NCBI RefSeq assembly: GCF_009914755.1
Contig: NC_060925.1
Reading direction: 5' to 3' (one strand)
Source of the DNA: the human T2T-CHM13v2.0 reference genome, Homo sapiens
DNA: 64,000 nt
Part shown: one piece after another, positions 31,184 through 45,177 of the stretch
Numbering within the stretch: the stretch's first letter is position 1
How the letters are laid out: each line of letters begins with the position of its first letter
The notes under the pieces: generated by a model
Database searches by the model: none
Told to the model about the DNA's origin: nothing
What the model saw: the letters and a program-made list of their open reading frames with translations, nothing else
Made by a program: the position numbers and the translations under genes

Positions 31184-32124
31184 ATGTGTGATTTAATGAA
31201 GAAAGAGAATCACTCTTTGATGAATGTGTTTATTTTTCAAGGTTTCTCCAGCTTCCGTGAGCACAAGCTCACCCTCTTTGTTGTGTTTCTTACGTTGTAC
31301 ATATTCTCCCTGGCAGGCAATGTTATCATTGTGAGTATCATTAGTATTGATCGTCACCTCCACACCCCCATGTACTTCTTCGTCAGCATGCTGTCAGGTT
31401 CAGAGACTGTCTACACCCTTGTCATTATACCAAGGATGCTGTTTAACCTCATAGGCCTGAGTCAGCCCATTTCCTTGGCAGGTTGTGCCACTCAGATGTT
31501 TTTCTTCATTACTTTGGCTATCAACAACTGCTTCCTGCTCACAGCAATGGGGTATGACCGCTATGTGACCATCTGCAACCCCTTGAGGTACTCAGTCGTC
31601 ATGAGCAAGAGAGTGTGTATGCAGCTGGTGTGAGGGGCCTGCAGCATTGGCCTAATTGTAGCAATGACACAGGTGTCAGCTGTATTCAGGCTGCCTTTCT
31701 GTATTCCAAAGGTGCCTCACTTCTTCTGTGACATCCGACCTGTAATGAAGCCCTCCTGCATTGACACCACAGTCAATGAAATCCTGACTATGATCATCAG
31801 TGTGCTGGTGATCCTCATTCCCATGGGCTTGGTTTTCATCTCCTACATCCTCATCATTTCTACCATCCTCAAGATTGCCTCTGCCGAGGGCAGGAAAAAG
31901 GCCTTTGCCACCTGTGCTTCTCATATTACTGTGGTTATTGTCCACTATGGCTGTGCCTCCATTGCTTACTTCAATTCCAAGTCAGAGAACACAGAGATCA
32001 GGATCAGCTGATCTCAGTGACCTACACTGTCATTACCCCGTTACTGAACCCTGTGGTGTACACTCTGAGGAACAAAGAGGTCAAAGATGCTCTGTGCAGA
32101 GTGATAGGTCAAAAATTCTCCTAA
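31184..32124 (+). pseudogene. OR10J8P: Olfactory receptor OR10J1-like pseudogene
   Basis: (MCDL)MKKENHS...LHTPMYFF...MGYDRY, in-frame TGA at 31631-31633, same frame continues HFFCDIRPV...KAFATCASH, 1-bp deletion near 31992, then [33 protein letters not shown] to TAA 32122-32124. The family call is firm; the symbol is inferred from recalled cluster order. Confidence 0.9.
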
Positions 32125-32441
32125 GAGAATAGGCCCATTTCAAATAGTGTCTTAGAAGATTTTCTAGAGAAGAAACAGTGGAACAGTGTGCATGGTCAAT
32201 AGAGTTAAAAATTTCAAGCCTATCAAGCAGTGGTTGGGCGAGAGGAAGAGAAAACAAAAGGATTCAGCCACTTGAGAAGGGGGAAGGTTCTCCAAAGCAC
32301 AGCGGGCCTCCATCTCATAAGAGAACAGGGATTTTATAGGTTACAAATGCAGAAGAAAGAACTCAGTGGTGTTGGAAAGTAGAAGCGTTGTGTGGGCAGC
32401 CTGGGACAGAATGAAATCAGGAGAGGAGACAGAGTTAATGA

Positions 32442-32778
<337 letters not shown>

Positions 32779-34219
32779 GGTTCAAGTTTTAAATATATTC
32801 TATAACACTGTTTTTTGGATGTGGTGTTTCCCCTTACCCATTTAGCGCTAAGTAGATTTAACACCTAATTGAATTAATTTCTTTATGGGAAATTTAAGAT
32901 TTTTTAAATCGACTAGACACTATAAATAAAATGAGTATCAGAGATAATAGCAATCTATAAAATTCAGCAGCCCTTGAAATCTAGGTCTTTTTTATATAAG
33001 TTCCAAATTGACCATGTGAGAAAATGGATATCTAAGTTTTCAGGATCCTGTTTTAGAAATATTTTTGGAAAGTAACTAAAACCCCTTGGTGATAGAGTAA
33101 AAGAGGTAGCACCAAGTAATAATATTGGCATTTATTTTATGAGAATATACAAAGGTTGTTGGTGATATTGTATGTGAGTGTCTAAACCCAGGGTAAAGAA
33201 ATTAAAATTTGCCTTTAGAAATCCTTGCAGAACAGAAAGAAGCAACTAGTGGATGAGAGTCAAACAGGGAATCTAGAGCATGGATTAATGGAATGAGAGG
33301 ATTGGGAGGATTAAACGGGTAAGGAAAATGTAGCCATCTAGTAACTCAGTAATTCAACAAAAGAAAAAGACTCATCAAACCATCAATCCTACCATTTAAA
33401 ATCCTCTAGGATGTGAACTAATACACCATGCTTCACCAGTCATCTCCACTTCCAGCAACTCCTTTCCCTACAGTCTGTCGTCCACATCCACATAGCGCAC
33501 AATCCAACAATACCTAGTGACTGATCGTTTCCCATTTTATTCTTATGCCTTAATACAGCTTGTTGGTAATGAAAATCTCTTACTGATGCCCTCACTGCCC
33601 ACTCATCAGAGTGTTCTCTGGTTCACTTTGAAATAACCTGAACACCTCTATTTTTATGAACCCTCTGATGAGATACCCACAAAGAAACAAAAGCACTCCT
33701 TCCACGCCTTCACATCACAACCTCCAAACACATATTGATATAAATGACCACAATGAACATTTCCCATGATGTCTTAACGGATGAAAGCATGAAATGGGTA
33801 GTGTGTGATGTTGTAACTGGGTGAAGTCTTACCTAGATGGACAGTTACACCTGCTGTTTAGTGTCTCACTTGTACCAAGTGATGAGTTTTTCATAGGACA
33901 CATTCTCCTTTATGTTAATTTCAAAAGTTAGGGCTATGTTCAAATATCTTAATTTATCAAATAGTCCGTTATGGTTTAGTCTTACAAAGATTCAACTACA
34001 TTTTTGAGGAAATTTATGGTGAAATCCAAGAGAATCCAAAATGAAGTTACCCTGTAATTGCCAGTGGTCGCTTTTACTTTTACTCAGTAAATAAAAATAT
34101 CTTATTTTTATTTCAAATTGTAGCCTCAAAAATGCTGCCCTATACCGTCAGCCTTCTCAGTAATAGATAATCTATATTTGCAAACTTAGCTACTTAAAAT
34201 ATTAGGCAGAAGTTTTGAG

Positions 34220-34610
34220 AGAGCAGCAGAATGAAGCAGAAAGAACATAAACATTTGAAGAAAAATACTCTATTTTCAGGCCTGGCTCTATTTTTTATAA
34301 ACCATATATATTTGAATGAACTATTTAATTTATTTGAGCCTCAGTTTTCTCACCTGTAAAACTTATATTCAAAGTTTGTTGTCAAACACATTAAATAATA
34401 AGTATAAAAATATTATGAAGCAGGGTCAGATATTCTTTATTCTTGTTAGAGTAAAACAGCTACACTCCCCATAAAGTGAATCTTTTCTTATCTGCAAAAT
34501 GGATTTACTAATCTTTACTCTGCTTTTTTCTGTCAGGTTCTTGTAAGAATCAACCACTTTAGAATAACCACAGTAGAAACTGCTGTGATAACGCAAAAAG
34601 TGTTAAGAAA
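34220..34610 (+). mobile_element. Two MIR fragments
   Basis: TTGAGCCTCAGTTTTCTCACCTGTAAAA and TTCTTATCTGCAAAATGG cores. Confidence 0.55.
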
Positions 34611-34918
34611 TATTATGTATGATTATCATTATCGCCACTGTTATTAGCTAACATAGTCCATATATGTTTGCCTCTCTGATTTTTCTTGGCCATTTTATAT
34701 TATTTTATTAATTAATTTTTGACTCTTACCTTCCTCCCACATACCTTTAAGTTCTAATTGCTATCGCATTTTTCATTAACTCTGCAGGTCATATTATTTT
34801 GGTTCCTTACAAAATAACATTTCCAAAACTTTTCATTATTATATTTTGTTAGCAATTCCAGAATTTAATGCCTATCCTCCTGCTCCAAATTGAGCATCTT
34901 TTTTCTTTCCTACTAGAT

Positions 34919-35110
34919 CAGTGAATGTTAATCTCTTTATCATGATCCATGGCCCCCAATACAAAAATGCATGTTATCACATAACCCAGTATGTGTGTTA
35001 TACACACATATACAAACTAAAATGCTACATTCACAAAACAGTACTTAGCCTTACAGCATGCAATGCATTCTGATGTTTCTCATTAAAGTCTATTCTGTTC
35101 AATTCTTTTT
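34919..35110 (+). mobile_element. Charlie4a-like hAT fragment
   Basis: ACCCAGTA...CACAAAACAGTACTTAGCCTTACAGCATGCAATGCATTCTGAT resembles the remembered Charlie4a end. Confidence 0.5.
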
Positions 35111-37756
35111 ATTTTTGTAATAATGTTAATGAATAGAAGTGCATCTAATATACATTTTGACCAAATGCTCAATAAGTGAGAGTTAAAAATCTGTGTTCAG
35201 CTGAAGTCAGAGTTGATGCCCAATATCAGCAGACTGTTTTCCTGTGTTACTAAAATAAAATTGAAATCTTATTTTAAAACAATGAAATTTAATTATTAAA
35301 CATTTAGTAATTGAGTTTAAACATTTGAATTATTTGAGGAAGAACATTTAGTCTTCATTGTCAGATTCTAGAGTCTTCTAACAGTCATTAAAACACATAT
35401 TCATGATACCAGGTACATGTTCACTTTTCAACTGAGAAACTGAGATTGGTGGCACAGCAAAATATCTTGGGGGGAAATAGCTTATTTTTCTGTAGCTTTT
35501 TTTCTTCTTTTTTTTGTAAATATGGATTAAAAATAATTTATCTCGGATATTATCTTTTATGATTTTGGTGGCAAAATTAGAATCCTGTGTAAATTCAACT
35601 GGAAAAGTTGTAAAGATTCATGGCTTAAGTGGATTTAAGAAGCTAAAAATTAATACAGTGTTTAAAACTAGTTCAATATTGCCAAACAATTTTAATTTTA
35701 TAAATATTTATTGAGTCTACAAGGATATAATATGCTTTCTAAAGCTATCTAATAACCAACACACTATCTCTTATATTTAAGTGAAGTAGTCATTTCTTTT
35801 CCCATTTATTTTACTACATAAAACTCTTAAGTTTGTCCAGAAAATTAACAACTCTCACAATTATCATAAATTTATTATTGCATTTTGCTCTTTCAATAAT
35901 AAATATAATGTATATTTTAATTGACTGATAAAATTTCAACAAATAAAGCATATAAAGCTAACTCTAAGTGAGAGAATGACTAACTATATTTGACAATGCA
36001 TGTTCAAATTTTTAAAAATCCAAATGACTCTCTTTATTCAGATTACTGATGCTGTTAGACTGATTAGAGCTAATAACCTATGGTATCACGTGATAATTTT
36101 TTCATCTAAATATTTAGAGATGCCCAAAAAATGCCACGGAAGAAGGTTTTCAGCCATTGAGTTTAAAGGGTGAAGCCAATATAGCAAACAAATAGCAGAT
36201 TTTTTTCTAAATACCAAAAGCAAATTACACTGATGTATCCCTAGCATGACCCACTACATTCAAGGAAAACAAAGAATATGGACGCCGTAAGAGAATATTC
36301 CAAGTGAGTGATTCACTGAGTTGGCTGAAATGGTAGGCAAGCATCTGAGAAGTAGGCCTCCTCTTCTTTTTATTCTTTTATTCTGAAATGATGGTATATT
36401 AATCAGTATTTTTCTGATTCAAAAGCCGTACATTCTCTGTGAAAAAATTCAGACAACTGTAAGGAAGAAAATGGAAACTCTGGGCTTTGGATGTTTACTA
36501 TGGCACACTGAGTACAGATATCATTTCTTCTCTCTGTACTCCCCAACCCTGCCCCTACCAAACCCTAGAAGTGATAGGAAAGATTTAAGTAGTATTTTGG
36601 CCAGTGCTTAAAAACAAAAACGGAATTCCTAATGAACCAGCAACTATGAGGTAAGAAATGAAGACTCAAAACAATGCAGTTAGATTGATGAGCCATCTCA
36701 GAAGTATATGAGAGTTAAAAGTGGAGTCCAGTAACAAAAGTTGAGGCCAACACAAAAGTTTCTTCATATCCTGAGGTGAAGAAAAATAAAAAATAATTTA
36801 GGACTCCAGGGGAAATTAACAGGGGATATTAGCCCAGAGAAAGTAGTCCTCCCCATCACATCTTGCTCCCAGACAAGCAGAAATAGACAGTGTTGGTGGT
36901 TTCCAGTTGAGAACTATGCTTGGAAAGAGGGGCATGGCAGAGCACAAGAGTTTGGCAATAACAAAGATGTAGGGGATAAAGAACAGGACAAAAATGCAGG
37001 AGAAAACAACTAGATACTAGAAGTATTGAGCTAAAAAGTATTATTATTTTATTTTTTATAAAAGTATTTGTTATAAGAAAAGTAAACTCAAATCTCTCAT
37101 CCATCATAAAGCTACACATACTGGATAATACCATTATTTAGAACAAACAAAATTATAGGAATTATGTTCAATATAATTTAAAGGTAGAGAGAATTCTGAT
37201 TAAATACAGATGTTAAATGCCCATTATTTGCTTCTTTTTCTTAAGAACCCTGTTAAACTTGAGTTAAGAAAGAAGATAGACTCACTTCCATAGCAAAAGA
37301 GAATAGAAGATGAAAGCAAATGGAGCTCAACAAAATTTTGGAATCTGGAAAGCCCATTAATAAACCATTATTGACTCAGCACATAGGAGAATGCTGATTA
37401 AAGCCTGAGGCAGAGAAAACAACAAAAATGCCAATTTATCACCCAGAATGCCAGAAGTATTCAAAAGCCGAAAGTAGTATCTCTGAACATAAGACTGTGC
37501 AATTGGCATAACAAACCAGAGTTGCTTGAAAGTTTTTAAGACACGTCGCACAATCAGAACCTCACCCCAACCTCAGCAGAAGGCTGGAGAGTTACTTTCC
37601 GGAAAGACTTGCAGAGATGAAGTGAAGCAGAGGGTGCTATGGAATAATAATTTTTAAAAAGGTGGAGGAGAGGTAAAAGAACACCAGCAAATCTCACAAG
37701 ATACTGACAATAAGGGTTATAGCTATCAATTAGGAAAGTGAAGAATTTTGCCCTGT

Positions 37757-38205
37757 GGAAACCAACCCAAATGTCCATCAGTGATAGACTGGATTAAGAA
37801 AATGTGGCACATATACACCATGGAATACTATGCAGCCATAAAAAAGGATGAGTTCATGTCCTTTGTTAGGGACATGGATGAAACTGGAAACCATCATTCT
37901 CAGCAAACTATTGCAAGGACAAAAAACCAAACACTGCATGTTCTCACTCTTAGGTGGGAACTGAACAATAAGAACACGTGGACACAGGAAGGGGAACATC
38001 ACACACCGGGGCCTGTTGTGGGGGTGTGGGGACGGGGGAGAGATAACATTAGGAGATATACCTAAGGTAAATGATGAGTTAATGGATGCAGCACACCAAC
38101 ATGGCACATGTATACATATGTAACAAACCTGCACATTGTGCACATGTGCCTTAGAACTTAAAGTATTAAAAAAAAAACTACAAAAAATAAAAATAAAAAA
38201 TAAAT
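37757..38205 (+). mobile_element. Heavily 5'-truncated L1PA4/5-like 3' end with poly(A)
   Basis: GGAAACCAACCCAAATGTCC...GGAGATATACCTAAGGTAAATGATGAG...AGAACTTAAAGTAT; the TSD closes only at 38650-38669. Confidence 0.93.
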
Positions 38206-38219
38206 AAAACTCAGAACAC

Positions 38220-38519
<300 letters not shown>

Positions 38520-40685
38520 TCAGAATACATCATCCCAAAAAAGCAATGTCACTAGCAACATGGTAAACATTAAATTCTCAATCTGTGTGTTGTGTGAAAA
38601 AAAAAGAATAAAAAATAAAAATAAATTTGCAGACTAAAAAAAAAACAACAGAATTTTGCCCTGTGGAAATTAGCATTTCAAGGGCAAAGACTTACAAATC
38701 TAGACACTTTGAAGTCCTATTTTGGAAAAGTAACCTTACCCTAATAAAACTAGCTTCATCACATTGCTTGGTTTTATCACGCTAGTAAATAAAGCCCAGC
38801 AGTCTGCATATCCCACCCCACCACACACACACATCTACATGCACACAGAGCTTTCTAACAATTTGTTAGTACATCACTCTTAGTTATTAATGGACTTGAA
38901 AGGATCACCACAATTTGAAGAAAGCCATTAACTTAAAAAAATCAATGTAATAAATAAATAACAAAGAAACGTGGGAGAATAAGCTATAGTGCATGGTATA
39001 AAGTCTTTTGAAAGATAAGTATTTAACATTTTTAAAAGGATAAGACAAGATAATGGTGAAATAAAGCAGAATATTATACAAAAGCCAAGTTCTGAGACGC
39101 AGAAAGAAATTTTACAAATTAAAAAAATACGTTAGCAGAGACAGTGTGAGGGGAAGATGGCTGAGTAGGGAGTACTAGGAAAGTGTTTTCCCACCTAGAA
39201 AACAACTATGCTGGCAGAATCTGTCTGATGTAAATATTTGGGAACTATGGCGTCTATTAAAGGCTTGCAACATCCAGAGGAAGGTATGAACTATAGTTAA
39301 TTCTAGTCAATTTCAGCTTTAAGGACAGTAGCAGCTACCCACCTGCCCACAACCAGCCACCTGGAAGACAACCTTGCACCTGTGCCGGGAGCAACCTGCA
39401 CACAGCTTGCAGGAGCCAGGGTTACCCTGTCTTGCAAATATCAGGGATCTGTGCTCTGATCACTGATTGTTACTTCTGATCATAGACATACAAACAAAGA
39501 AGTAAGAGTTGTTCCATCTCCCCTGTGTTATTGCAAGCTCCTCCTTCAGCTGATGTGACTTCCAGGGGATTTAAAGGGTCAGCACCTCTCCTTCTCTTTC
39601 ATTTTTCTTTGTTTTTCCTTTGGAGAGTCAGACATTAAAGACTAGGGCATTCAAAACCAACTGCATTTACAGGGAAAATTAGAAAGTAATCATCCATGCT
39701 CAGGGAAGGGTGCAGGCTCAGAAAAGACTTCAGAAGACCTTAAGTTTATACCCCAGGCTGATCTTTGGGACAAAGCTTACAATAACAACAACAATAATAA
39801 AAATAACAAAAAACAGCAAACTCTGGGAAAGAAAATAGTCTAATTTCTAGAGTTACCACATTATTAGATTCATGTCCAATAATCAATAAACAATGAAAAG
39901 GCATAAAAAAACAGGAAAGTATGTCCCATTCAAAGGAAAAAAAATAATGGAAACTTTCTCTGAAAAAGACATAATGGCAGGTCTACTAGACAAAACCTTT
40001 AAAACAATTGTCTTAAACATGCTCAAAGAGCTAAAGAAAGATATAGGGAAAGTCAAAAAATGCCATATGAAAAATTAGAAATATTAAGAGAAAACCTAAA
40101 AGGAAAAAGAAATATTAGAGTTGAAAATTACAATAAGTAAAATGAAAATCCATTTGAGGAAGTAAAAGATTTGAGCAGGCAAAAGAAAGAATCAGCAACT
40201 TGAAGATAGGACAATGAAAATCACTGAGTCTGGAAAAAAAAATTGAAGAACGGTAAACAGGGCCTCAGAGTCCTATGAAACACCATTAAGTGGACCAGTA
40301 TACATGCTGGGAGTTCCAGAAGGAAAATGGATAAAGGGGTTGGGGGACTATCTCAGAAATAATGATGGAAAACTTTCCAAATTTGGTGAAAGATGTTAAT
40401 ATAAATATCCAAGAAGCTTAAAAAAGTATAGACTCATACCAATACACATTATAATCAAACTTTCAAAAGCCAAAGACAAGACTATCTTTAAAGCAGCACG
40501 AAAAAAGCTACTGTCACATACAAACTATCCTCAATGACATTGTCATCAGACTTTTCATTAGAAACTTTGGAGGTCAGAAGGTAGTGGGCCAATATATTCA
40601 AAGGGCTAAATGAAAAGAACATCAACACAGAATTCTATATCCAGGGAAACTTTCCTTCAAAAGTAAAATAAAAAATGTTTAAAAC

Positions 40686-41046
40686 TTTTTATTTTTTATT
40701 TCAGTACATTTTGAGGGGACAGGTGTGTTTGGTTACATGAATATGTTATTTAGTGGTGATTTATGATGTTTTGGTGCACCCATCACCTGAGCAGTGTACA
40801 CTGTACCCGGTGGGTGGTCTTTTATACCTCACCACCTCCCACTCTCTCCTCTGAGTCCCCAAAGTCCAATTTATCATTCTTATGCCTTTGCATCCTCACA
40901 GCTTAGCTCCCACATATGAGTGACAACATACGATGTTTAGTTTTCCATTCCTGAGTTTCTTCACTTAGAAAAATAGTCTCCAATTCCATCGCGGTTGCTG
41001 CAAATGCAACTATTTTGTTCCTTTTTATGGCTGAGCAGTATTCCAT

Positions 41047-41080
<34 letters not shown>

Positions 41081-42040
41081 CATAAAATATATATATATGT
41101 GTAATATAGTTTACCACATTTTCTTTATTCACTTGTTGATTGATGGCATTGGGGCTGGTTCCATATTTTTGCAATTGCAAATTATGCCACTATAAACATG
41201 TGTGTGCAAGTATCTTTTCTGTATAATGACTTCTTTTCCTCTGGGTAAATACCTAGTAGTAAGATTGCTGAATCAAATGAAAAATGTACTTTTAGTTTTT
41301 TAAGGAATCTCCACACAGTTTTCCATAGTGGTAGTACTAGTTTACATTCCCACCCACAGTGTAGAAGTGTTACCTTTTCATCGCTTCCATGTCAACATCT
41401 ATTATTTTTTGAATTTTTGATTATGGCCATTATTGCAGGAGTGAAGTGGTATTGCATTGTGGTTTTGATTTGCATTTCCCTGATAATTAGTGATGTTGAG
41501 CATTTTTTCATATGCTTATTTTCCATTTGTATATCTTGTTTTGAGAAATGTCTGTTTATGTCCTTAGCACACTTTTTGTTGGGATTGTTTCTTTTATTCT
41601 TGATGATTTGTTTGAGTTCTTTGTAGATTCTGGATATTAGCCCTTTGGCTAATGTATACATTGTCAAAATTTTCTCCCACTCTGTGGGTTGCCTTTTAAC
41701 TCTGCTTATTATTTCTTTTGCTGTGTAGAAGCTTTTCAGTTTAATTAAGTCCCATCTATTTATCTTTGTTTTTGTTGAATTTGCTTTGGAGATCTTGGTC
41801 ATGAAGTCTTTGTCTAAGTAAATGTCTAGAAGGGTTTTTGTGATGTTATCTTCTAGAATCTTTATGGTTTCAGGTCTTAAATTTAAGTCTTTTATCCATC
41901 TTGAGCTGATTTTTTTGTAAAGTGAGAGATGAGGATCCAGTTTCATTCTTCTACATGGTGCTTGCCAATTATCCCAGCACCAGTTGTTGAGTAGGGTGTC
42001 CTTTCCCCACTTTATGTTTTTGTTTGCTTTGTCAAAGATA
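40686..42040 (-). mobile_element. L1PB (PB1-like) 3' portion with internal (TG)n at 41048-41077
   Basis: Minus ORF 41392-42045 is the ORF2 C-terminus; 3'UTR GGTGCACCCATCACCTGAGCAGTGTACACTGTACCC. Confidence 0.9.
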
Positions 42041-42552
42041 CCCAAAGTATCAAAAGCTGAGAGAGGTGGTTGCCACTAGACTAACCTGTGAGAAATGCTC
42101 AAGGTAGTCCTATAGAGTAAAATGAAAGGAAACTAGATAGTCACTCAAAGCAAAATAATTAAAAATCTCAATAAAGGTAAATACATGGACAATTATAAAA
42201 ACTATTATTTTAACAATGGTTTGTAACTCTGCTTTTTGCTATGTACATGACTTAACTAAACAATACATTAAAAAATATTTATCTGAAAGTTAGTATTATT
42301 GTATCTTTGGTTTATAACTTTGCAATTTGTTTTCCACATAATTTAAGAGACTAATGCATTTTAAATGATTATTAATTTATTGTTTTGGATACACAGTGTA
42401 TAAAGATAAAATTTCATGACATCAACAGACAAAAGATTTGAAAATGGAACTGTTAAAGGAGCAGAGATTTGTATGTTATTGAAATTAAGCTGACATAGAT
42501 TCAAATTAGAGTGTTATAACTTTAGGGCATTAAATGTAATCCCCATGGTAGC

Positions 42553-45177
42553 CACGTATCTCAGAGATATTGTGGGTTTGATTTCAGACCACTGCAGTAA
42601 AGCAAATATCACAATAAAGTGAGTCACACAAATTTTTGGCTTCTCAATGAATATAAAAGTTATGTTAAACTATACTGTAGTTTATTAAGTGTGTAATAGG
42701 ATTATGTCTTAAAGACAATGTATAGACTTCAATTTTAAAATACATTACTGTTTTAAAAAATGCTAACAATCATCTGAAACTTCAGCGAATCTTTGTGCTA
42801 GTAGAACATTTTGCCTCAATGTTGATGGCTGTTACTGAGCAGAGTGGTGGTTGCTGAAGATTGGGTTTGCTGTACCAATTTATTAAAATGAGACAACAAT
42901 AAAGATTACCACATCAATTGATTTTTTTTTAGAGACAAGGTCTTGCTCTGTCATCCAAGCTGGAGTACAGTGCTGTGATCATAGATCACTATAGCTTTAA
43001 AGTTCTGAGCTCAAGAGATCCTCCCCCCTCAGCCTCTTAAAAAACTGGGACTACTGGTGTGAGACACCACACCTGGCCAATTTTATTTATTTATTTGTAG
43101 AAATGGGGTCTCATTACATCGCCCTGGCTGGTCTTGAACTTCTGGCTATAAGCTATCTTCCTGCCTCCACCTCCCAAAGTGCTGGGATTACAGGTGTGAA
43201 TCACCTCGTCCAGGCTTAATTGACTCACAAAAGATTTCTCTGTAGCAGGCAATGCTGTTTGATATCACTTGACCTACAATAGAATGTCTTTCAAATTGGA
43301 AGTTAATTCTCTCAAACCCTGCCATTTGTTTAACAACTAAGTTTTAGGGAATATTTTAAATCATTTGTTGTTGTTTTAATAATGTTCACAACCTCTTCAC
43401 TAGGAGGAGATTCTATCTCAAGAAACTACTTTATTTGCTTATCCATAAGAAGCAACTCCTCATTTGTTAAAGTTTGATTATGAGAAGGCAGCAATTCAGT
43501 TATATATTCGAACTCCACTTCTAATTCTAGTTTTCTTCCTATTTCCACCACATCTACACCATGAGAATTGAAATAAGCTTCCTCTAAACTCCTGTTAATG
43601 CTAATATTGTGACCTTTTCTCATAAATAATGAATGTTCATAATGACATATAGAATGGCAATTTCTTTTCAGAAGGTTTTCAATTTGCCTCACCCAGATCC
43701 ATCAGAGGAATCATTATCTATGGCAGCTATTACCTTATGAAATGTATTTTTGAATAATAAAGCTTGAAAGTCAAAATCACTTCTTGATAGATGGGCTGAA
43801 GAATGAATATTGTGTTAACAGGCATGAAAACATTATTCTCCTACCATGACTACACCAGAACTCTTGGGTGACTAGGTGCATTGTCAATATTTTGAAAGAT
43901 ATCTTTTTTTTTTTCCTGAGCAGTAGATCTTAAGACAGACTTACCATATTCAGCAAACCATGGTTTAAACAGATGTGTTGTAATTCAGGCTTTGTTCTTC
44001 CATTTATAGAGCATAGGCAGAGTAGATTTAGCATAATTCTTAAGGGTGTTAGAATTTTCAAAGTGGTAAATAACCATTGGCTTCAACTTAAAGTCAACAG
44101 CTGCATTCATCCCCTAGCAAGAGAGTCAGTTGTCCCTTGAAGCTTTGAAGCCAAGCATTGGCTTCTCCTCTGTAGCTATGGAAGTCCTAGACAGCACTGT
44201 CTTCCAATGGAAGGCTATTTTTAAAATATGTTGTTTAATGTAGCCATCTTCATCAATTATCTTAGCTATATTTTCTGGATCATTTGCTCTAATTTTTGCA
44301 TCAGCACTCCTGAATTACCGTGAACTTTTATGTTATGGAGACAATTTATTTCCTTAAATTTTATAAACGAAATTCTGCTAGCTTAATATCTTCTTCTGCA
44401 GTCTCTTCACCTCTCTTAGCCTTCATAGAATTAAACAGACTTAGGGTCTTGCTCTTAATTAGGCTGTAGCTTAAAGGAATGTTGTGACTGGTTTGCTCTC
44501 CTATACTGACTTCTAAAAGTTTCTTCATATCGGTAATAAGGCATTTTCACTTTCTTATTTGTGTGTTAACTGATGTAGCAAATTTAATTTCCCTCAAGAA
44601 TTTTTTTCTTTGCATGCACATCTTGGCTAACCATTTGGCACAAGAGGCCTAGATTTTGGCCTATCTCAGCTTTTGACCAGGCTTCCTCACTAAGCTTAAT
44701 TATTTCTAGATTTTGATTTAAAGTGAAACACACTCAACTCTTTCACTTAAACACGTAAAGTTGACTGTAGGGTTACTAATTCATCAATTTTCAATATTGT
44801 TATGTCTTAGTGAATAGGGAAGCCTGAGGAGAAGCAGAAAGATGGGAAAATGGCCAGTCAGTGGAGCAGTCAGAACACACACAACATTTATCAATTAAGT
44901 TTGCTGTCTTATATAGGTTCAAACAAAACAATTATAATAGTAACATCAAAGATCACTTATCAAAGATCACCATAGCAGATATAATAATAATGAAAAAGTT
45001 TAAAATATTGTCAGAATTACCCAAATGTGATACAGAGACATGAAGTGAGCACACACTGTTGAAAAAGATGGTGCTAATAGCCTTGCTCAATACAAGATTC
45101 ACAAACTTTCAATTTATAAAAAACACAATATCTGTGAAGTGCCATAAAGCAAAGTGCAGTAAAATAAATTATGCCTG
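42553..45177 (-). mobile_element. Tigger1, near full length, dead transposase
   Basis: Both ends present (CTCAGAGATATTGTGGGTTTGATTTCAGACCAC and AATAAATTATGCCTG + TA); relic peptide VVEIGRKLELEVEFEYITELLPSHNQTLTNEELLLMD. Confidence 0.92.
42922..43215 (-). mobile_element. AluJ nested in Tigger1
   Basis: GAGACAAGGTCTTGCTCTGTC...GATCATAG...CCCAAAGTGCTGGGATTACAGG; AATTGA on both flanks. Confidence 0.9.
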
